DNA from: a virus
Lineage: Duplodnaviria; Caudoviricetes
DNA: 61,002 bases
IMG/VR virus record: IMGVR_UViG_3300011115_000173
Location: 1 to 61,002 of that record
Strand: one strand, 5' to 3'
Shown: positions 57,448-61,002 of the stretch, piece by piece
Layout of the letters: each line of letters begins with the position of its first letter
Position numbering within the stretch: position 1 is the first letter of the stretch
The notes under the pieces: generated by a model
Database searches by the model: none
Told to the model about the DNA's origin: nothing
Seen by the model: the letters and a program-made list of their open reading frames with translations, nothing else
Made by a program: the position numbers and the translations under genes

Positions 57448-57956
57448 TTTTTGCTCCTCATGTCTGCCAATTTCTCTACCGTTCGGCCTCCAAAATAAGC
57501 GAGGAAGATGATTTGCCCCCACTGCCCCAGCAAATTCACATAGCTCTCTTGAGCGTTAAACCCGAAGGCCGACATCATGGTGAACAAGAAGAACGCCACA
57601 AAGATGGCAATCAGAGCCAGAGGTCGGATGTTTTTGGAAAGCCAAGAGTCAGAAGACATATCCGCTTTCCAGCGGTCAGTTATGTTGTTGTTTTCACTGG
57701 CTTGGGCGGCAAGCAGTGCTTTCAGTTCTTCTTGCTCAAGACGGGCTTTTTCAATACCCAACTCCAGTAGGCGTTCTTCATGGTCAAACTGAAGTTGGCG
57801 CAGCTTCGCAATTTCTTCCGAGTTTGGGTTGTCAGAAATCTTTACGCCGATGGCGTTTTCAACAACCTCTTTGCCTTTGGCTTGAATGGCGGAAGACAAA
57901 AGACCTAAGCCGCTTTCAGCTAGCGTACCCAGCAGTGCCCCAATGATTGGAATCAT
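57444..57956 (-). CDS. Holin (3-TM, GTA-release type)
   Basis: SWLSKNIRP, two hydrophobic helices, AYFGGRTVEK; adjacent to the endolysin. Confidence 0.75.
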   Translation of the reverse strand: MIPIIGALLGTLAESGLGLLSSAIQAKGKEVVENAIGVKISDNPNSEEIAKLRQLQFDHEERLLELGIEKARLEQEELKALLAAQASENNNITDRWKADMSSDSWLSKNIRPLALIAIFVAFFLFTMMSAFGFNAQESYVNLLGQWGQIIFLAYFGGRTVEKLADMRSKK

Positions 57957-57957
57957 G

Positions 57958-58440
57958 TTATCGTCCTTTAAAATCAACAAATTGAACAGTCGCCCATGCA
58001 ACAAGGATGACCACCAAACCGCCCAGCGCAACCATTAAAATTAAATTTATTGCTTCACTGACTTCCTTGGACCGCTTGGCTCTAGCCAACGCTTCTTGTT
58101 TTTCTTCGGCCTTGCGCCGAGCGACAATGTTATTACGTTCCAACATAATGGCTTGCCAAACATCTGCGTCCCCGGACATGATTAAGTATTCTTTAAGCTC
58201 GTTCTCAGCGTCCTGAAGTTGTTTGGCATGAAGAACAGTCTCAAATGCCTGCGCGGTGTCCGACTTTCCAAACGTACTCTTTTTTGGATTGACCGCTGCT
58301 TTAGCTACTACATCTTTGCACTCAAAAAACTTTGTCAGGTCACCAGTTATTGCGTGGATATCCTTGCCCATCTTGATAGCGGCTTGAATACCTTTTATCG
58401 CAACTTGCGCCGTAGCAAACGCTGTTACCGGATCAATCAC
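57958..58440 (-). CDS. Membrane-anchored hypothetical protein
   Basis: GTG start (IDPVTAFA); coiled coil followed by a C-terminal TM helix. Confidence 0.65.
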   Translation of the reverse strand: MIDPVTAFATAQVAIKGIQAAIKMGKDIHAITGDLTKFFECKDVVAKAAVNPKKSTFGKSDTAQAFETVLHAKQLQDAENELKEYLIMSGDADVWQAIMLERNNIVARRKAEEKQEALARAKRSKEVSEAINLILMVALGGLVVILVAWATVQFVDFKGR

Positions 58441-58577
58441 TTGTCTTTCTCCCGCCACTGTACACACCAGACATACGGATTAAAAGGATACTTCTCGCTC
58501 CACACCCACGCCCACTGCACGCACACATACACGGGGGCTTGTATGGTTGGCAATTGCGCGAGTAGAACCTCGATCAT
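58437..58577 (-). CDS. Small Trp/Cys-rich protein (46 aa)
   Basis: Read from sequence: MIEVLLAQLPTIQAPVYVCVQWAWVWSEKYPFNPYVWCVQWREKDK; fills the gap exactly. Confidence 0.55.
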   Translation of the reverse strand: MIEVLLAQLPTIQAPVYVCVQWAWVWSEKYPFNPYVWCVQWREKDK

Positions 58578-59585
58578 TTACACAGTCCGTTTCCACATAT
58601 ACACAGTGATGTACGGCTGGTAGTTAGCGTTTGTGCCCGAAGAGCCAGCGGAGTTTATGCTGATTCCAGTAACAGCCGAGTCTGTAAAAGCAACTGACGA
58701 ACCCCTAACCCCAGCGCCATTCAAATTGAAGGTATTGGGTGCTGCGTCACTTATATAATTTACACCGTGTACGTGTCCGGGGTCTGTAACTGTGTGCGTG
58801 TGGCTAACAGTAATTGCATTCGCAGAGCCGCCTGTTTCTTCAGCCGTGTCAAACAAGGCATTGCTAGAGTCAAAGCCCACAGGCACGCGCCCAGCGCCGA
58901 ATGCTACCCAAGTGCCAAAGCCAAACAGTGTTCCGGGGTTGGTTGCGTTGGTCGCGTTGATGTAGATTGAACCAACTGGGTACATAGCCGCTTGTACAAA
59001 TGCAGTGGTAGCAAGCTGCGTCGTGTTAGTCCCGAAAGAAGCAGTAGGCGCAGCCGGAACTCCTGTAAACGTAGGGCTGGCGCTCAAAACCGTGCTGCCC
59101 GTGCCCGTGGAAGTAGTTACGCCCGTGCCACCGTTAACCACCGGAAGCACCCCGGAGAAGCTACCAGCGTCAGTAGTTCGGAAGTTGGTTCCGTCACTGA
59201 ACACCGCCACTTTGCCCCCTGTGGTTACCGCGACCCCTGTGCCCGCTGCGGTTGTATTGCCCTGTACCGTAGAGTTGTAGATAGTCGCTGTATAAGCAGT
59301 GGTGTTGTAGATGATGTATGTCTTCTCCTGCGGGGGAGCGTAGACGGCAAAGTTGGCCGAGGTTGTGGTGCTCAGTGCAATGACGGCGTTTCGCGCTTGG
59401 TCAGCAGCACCGTCCAGCGCAGTAAAAGCTTGGTTAGCCGAGGTAACGGACACAGCCACGTATCCAGCAATAGCCGACTCAATCAGCGTACCAAGGTTGG
59501 TGTTAGTCGTGTTGTTCCACGTTCCGGCTTGTTCGCCAGCGCCAATCAGTTCAATCCGTAGCGAGGGGGAGTATGTGCTTGCCAT
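58578..59585 (-). CDS. Tail fibre protein with collar-like C-terminal domain
   Basis: GEQAGTW, NTTQLATTAFV, YPVGSIY...GTWVAFGAGRV, QPYITVYMWKRT. Confidence 0.75.
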   Translation of the reverse strand: MASTYSPSLRIELIGAGEQAGTWNNTTNTNLGTLIESAIAGYVAVSVTSANQAFTALDGAADQARNAVIALSTTTSANFAVYAPPQEKTYIIYNTTAYTATIYNSTVQGNTTAAGTGVAVTTGGKVAVFSDGTNFRTTDAGSFSGVLPVVNGGTGVTTSTGTGSTVLSASPTFTGVPAAPTASFGTNTTQLATTAFVQAAMYPVGSIYINATNATNPGTLFGFGTWVAFGAGRVPVGFDSSNALFDTAEETGGSANAITVSHTHTVTDPGHVHGVNYISDAAPNTFNLNGAGVRGSSVAFTDSAVTGISINSAGSSGTNANYQPYITVYMWKRTV

Positions 59586-59611
59586 GAGTGTCCTTTAGGT
59601 ATTGTTTCATG

Positions 59612-59956
59612 TCAGTTAGTAATCTCAAGCCAAGACAATGTGGCTTCATCCCATGTGTACAAGCCACCATCTGTAGGCATTGGCGTTGGGGCAGACCAGA
59701 GGCAAGTGTCATCGCTCATAGTCCATGACGGGAATGGCTGTGGCGGGATGAACGCATCGCGGCTCACATCGTAGGTATAGCCCACGCCAGCGTAGTTCTT
59801 ACGCAGTGGAGTGCCGCCGTTGGCATGAACGCCACCGTGCGTGTTGTATGAGGTCTGCACCCAACCGTGACCGAAAATGCCTGAGTCGATAACGTCTTGT
59901 TCCGCAACAATAACATTAACAACTACCCCATTTTCTACTTTTGCAAAATGACTCAT
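59612..59956 (-). CDS. Tail-fibre-associated/assembly chaperone-like protein
   Basis: MSHFAK...WVQTSYN...RKNYAG...DAFIPPQPFPSW...WDE. Confidence 0.65.
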   Translation of the reverse strand: MSHFAKVENGVVVNVIVAEQDVIDSGIFGHGWVQTSYNTHGGVHANGGTPLRKNYAGVGYTYDVSRDAFIPPQPFPSWTMSDDTCLWSAPTPMPTDGGLYTWDEATLSWLEITN

Positions 59957-59965
59957 ATGTTTTCC

Positions 59966-60916
59966 TTAAAAAGTGATTGAGCCCGATGAAGTCCATTGAT
60001 ATACACGGTAGCCGCCAGCTACGGTGATTGTTGGAGAGCCTGTGGTTGATGTTGCGGCGGCATAGGTGTCTGCGTAGCGAATAATGACAACACCAGAACC
60101 ACCAGCACCGCCGATAAAGTTTGCGGTTGTGTTGTTTGCTCCGTCAGTATTACCAGCACCGCCACCACCTGTGTTGGCAGTGCCAGCGTTGCCGGGATTT
60201 GCTGAACTTGCAGTCCCACCGCCGCCTGCGCCGCCTGTCCCGTTAGAGCCGCCTGAAGATGGTCGCCCAGCCCCAGCACCGCCACCAGCGTAGGTAACGC
60301 TTGAGCCAGAGATGCTGGACGCTGTTCCAGCACCACCATTGCCGCCACTTACATTAGTTGCGTTGCCACCAACTGCACCAGCACCGCCACCACCAGAACC
60401 TCCATCATCAAGAGATGTTCCAGCATTATTTCCTTGGCTTGGTGATGTGGATGGGGTATTTCCAGCACCACCTGAGTTTGCCGCAAGAGAACCACCACCA
60501 CTTCCACCACTCCCACCAGCACGACCACTTACTACTGAAGTTGCGTTGTAGCAAGCACCATAACCACCGCCAGCAGAAGTGACGGTATCAAACACAGAAC
60601 TAGAACCTTGCGTTGCGTTGTAACCTGTTGACGCACCACCGCCGGCACCGCCTGCGCCACCCGCACCAATTGTTAATGTGTAGGGAACGCTTCCTAATAC
60701 GGCTAAAGAATTTGCTGTGCGATAACCGCCTGCGCCACCACCAGCACCAGCATTTCCCACAGTGGATGCACCACCACCGCCACCGCCACCGCCAACGACC
60801 AAATAGTCAACGGCAGTCGGGCCGGAATACGGCGTTGCCCTACCCGAAAAAAGAGCAGCAATATTGCCAAGACCAATGGCAACACCATTCCGAATAGGAA
60901 TGCCAAAATAGTTCAT
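59966..60916 (-). CDS. Glycine-rich adhesin-like protein
   Basis: Likely start MNYFGIP at 60916 (ATGA overlap); one YLVVGGGG...GGSGVVIIRY domain. Confidence 0.8.
   Translation of the reverse strand: MNYFGIPIRNGVAIGLGNIAALFSGRATPYSGPTAVDYLVVGGGGGGGGASTVGNAGAGGGAGGYRTANSLAVLGSVPYTLTIGAGGAGGAGGGASTGYNATQGSSSVFDTVTSAGGGYGACYNATSVVSGRAGGSGGSGGGSLAANSGGAGNTPSTSPSQGNNAGTSLDDGGSGGGGAGAVGGNATNVSGGNGGAGTASSISGSSVTYAGGGAGAGRPSSGGSNGTGGAGGGGTASSANPGNAGTANTGGGGAGNTDGANNTTANFIGGAGGSGVVIIRYADTYAAATSTTGSPTITVAGGYRVYQWTSSGSITF
60525..60811. repeat. Mosaic direct repeat, copy B (copy A at 1-284)
   Basis: Identical blocks alternate with divergent blocks; same reading frame as copy A. Confidence 0.95.
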
Positions 60917-61002
60917 TGTGTGTTCATTGGTTTGGCGTAAACCGTGCCGCCCGTAGACACCTGAATCGCGCTTACGCGCCAAGGTGCGCCAGTACCTTGT
61001 GG
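60913..61002 (-). CDS. 3' end of a gene truncated by the window edge
   Basis: PQGTGAPWRVSAIQVSTGGTVYAKPMNTQ*, ATGA-coupled to the gene starting at 60916. Confidence 0.55.
   Translation of the reverse strand, partial: PQGTGAPWRVSAIQVSTGGTVYAKPMNTQ

Noticed and set aside
1-61002. tRNA genes, integrase, introns or inteins
   Set aside because: None recognised by eye; terL, PolA and the helicases are uninterrupted and of normal length. tRNAscan-SE and HMM searches would be needed to confirm.

Overview
Near-complete (~61 kb) genome of a tailed dsDNA phage, probably a podovirus; no integrase, tRNA or CRISPR array was seen. It has two divergent arms. Minus-strand late genes occupy 1-17745 (terminases, portal, GroES-like co-chaperonin, scaffold, major capsid, small basic proteins, tail/adaptor and fibre genes) and 40564-61002 (3021-aa polyvalent ejection-type protein, other internal virion proteins, GNAT, HNH-AP2 endonuclease, tail tubular protein, lysis genes, fibre genes). 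Plus-strand early/middle genes occupy 18245-40595 (many small ORFs, M28 peptidase, PolA, nucleases, SNF2 helicase, SSB-like, HTH, primase-helicase). The window ends share a mosaic repeat in a glycine-rich adhesin gene, so the genome probably closes as a circle. The best candidate for a new system is at the late/early junction. A symmetric bidirectional sigma70-type promoter appears to drive both the late operon and an ~85-nt small RNA whose hairpin loop (CUUCUCCUC) is complementary to the GGAGAA-type ribosome-binding site used by many early/middle genes and few late genes. This suggests an RBS-addressed early-to-late translational switch (inference, untested). Other notable elements: a TGTCYA-N4-TRGACA operator at three promoter regions, a 17-bp palindrome plus hairpin-RBS cassette repeated through the early region, an inverted-repeat-flanked AT-rich origin candidate, and several structured leaders. 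All product calls come from motif recognition and gene order; no database searches were run.
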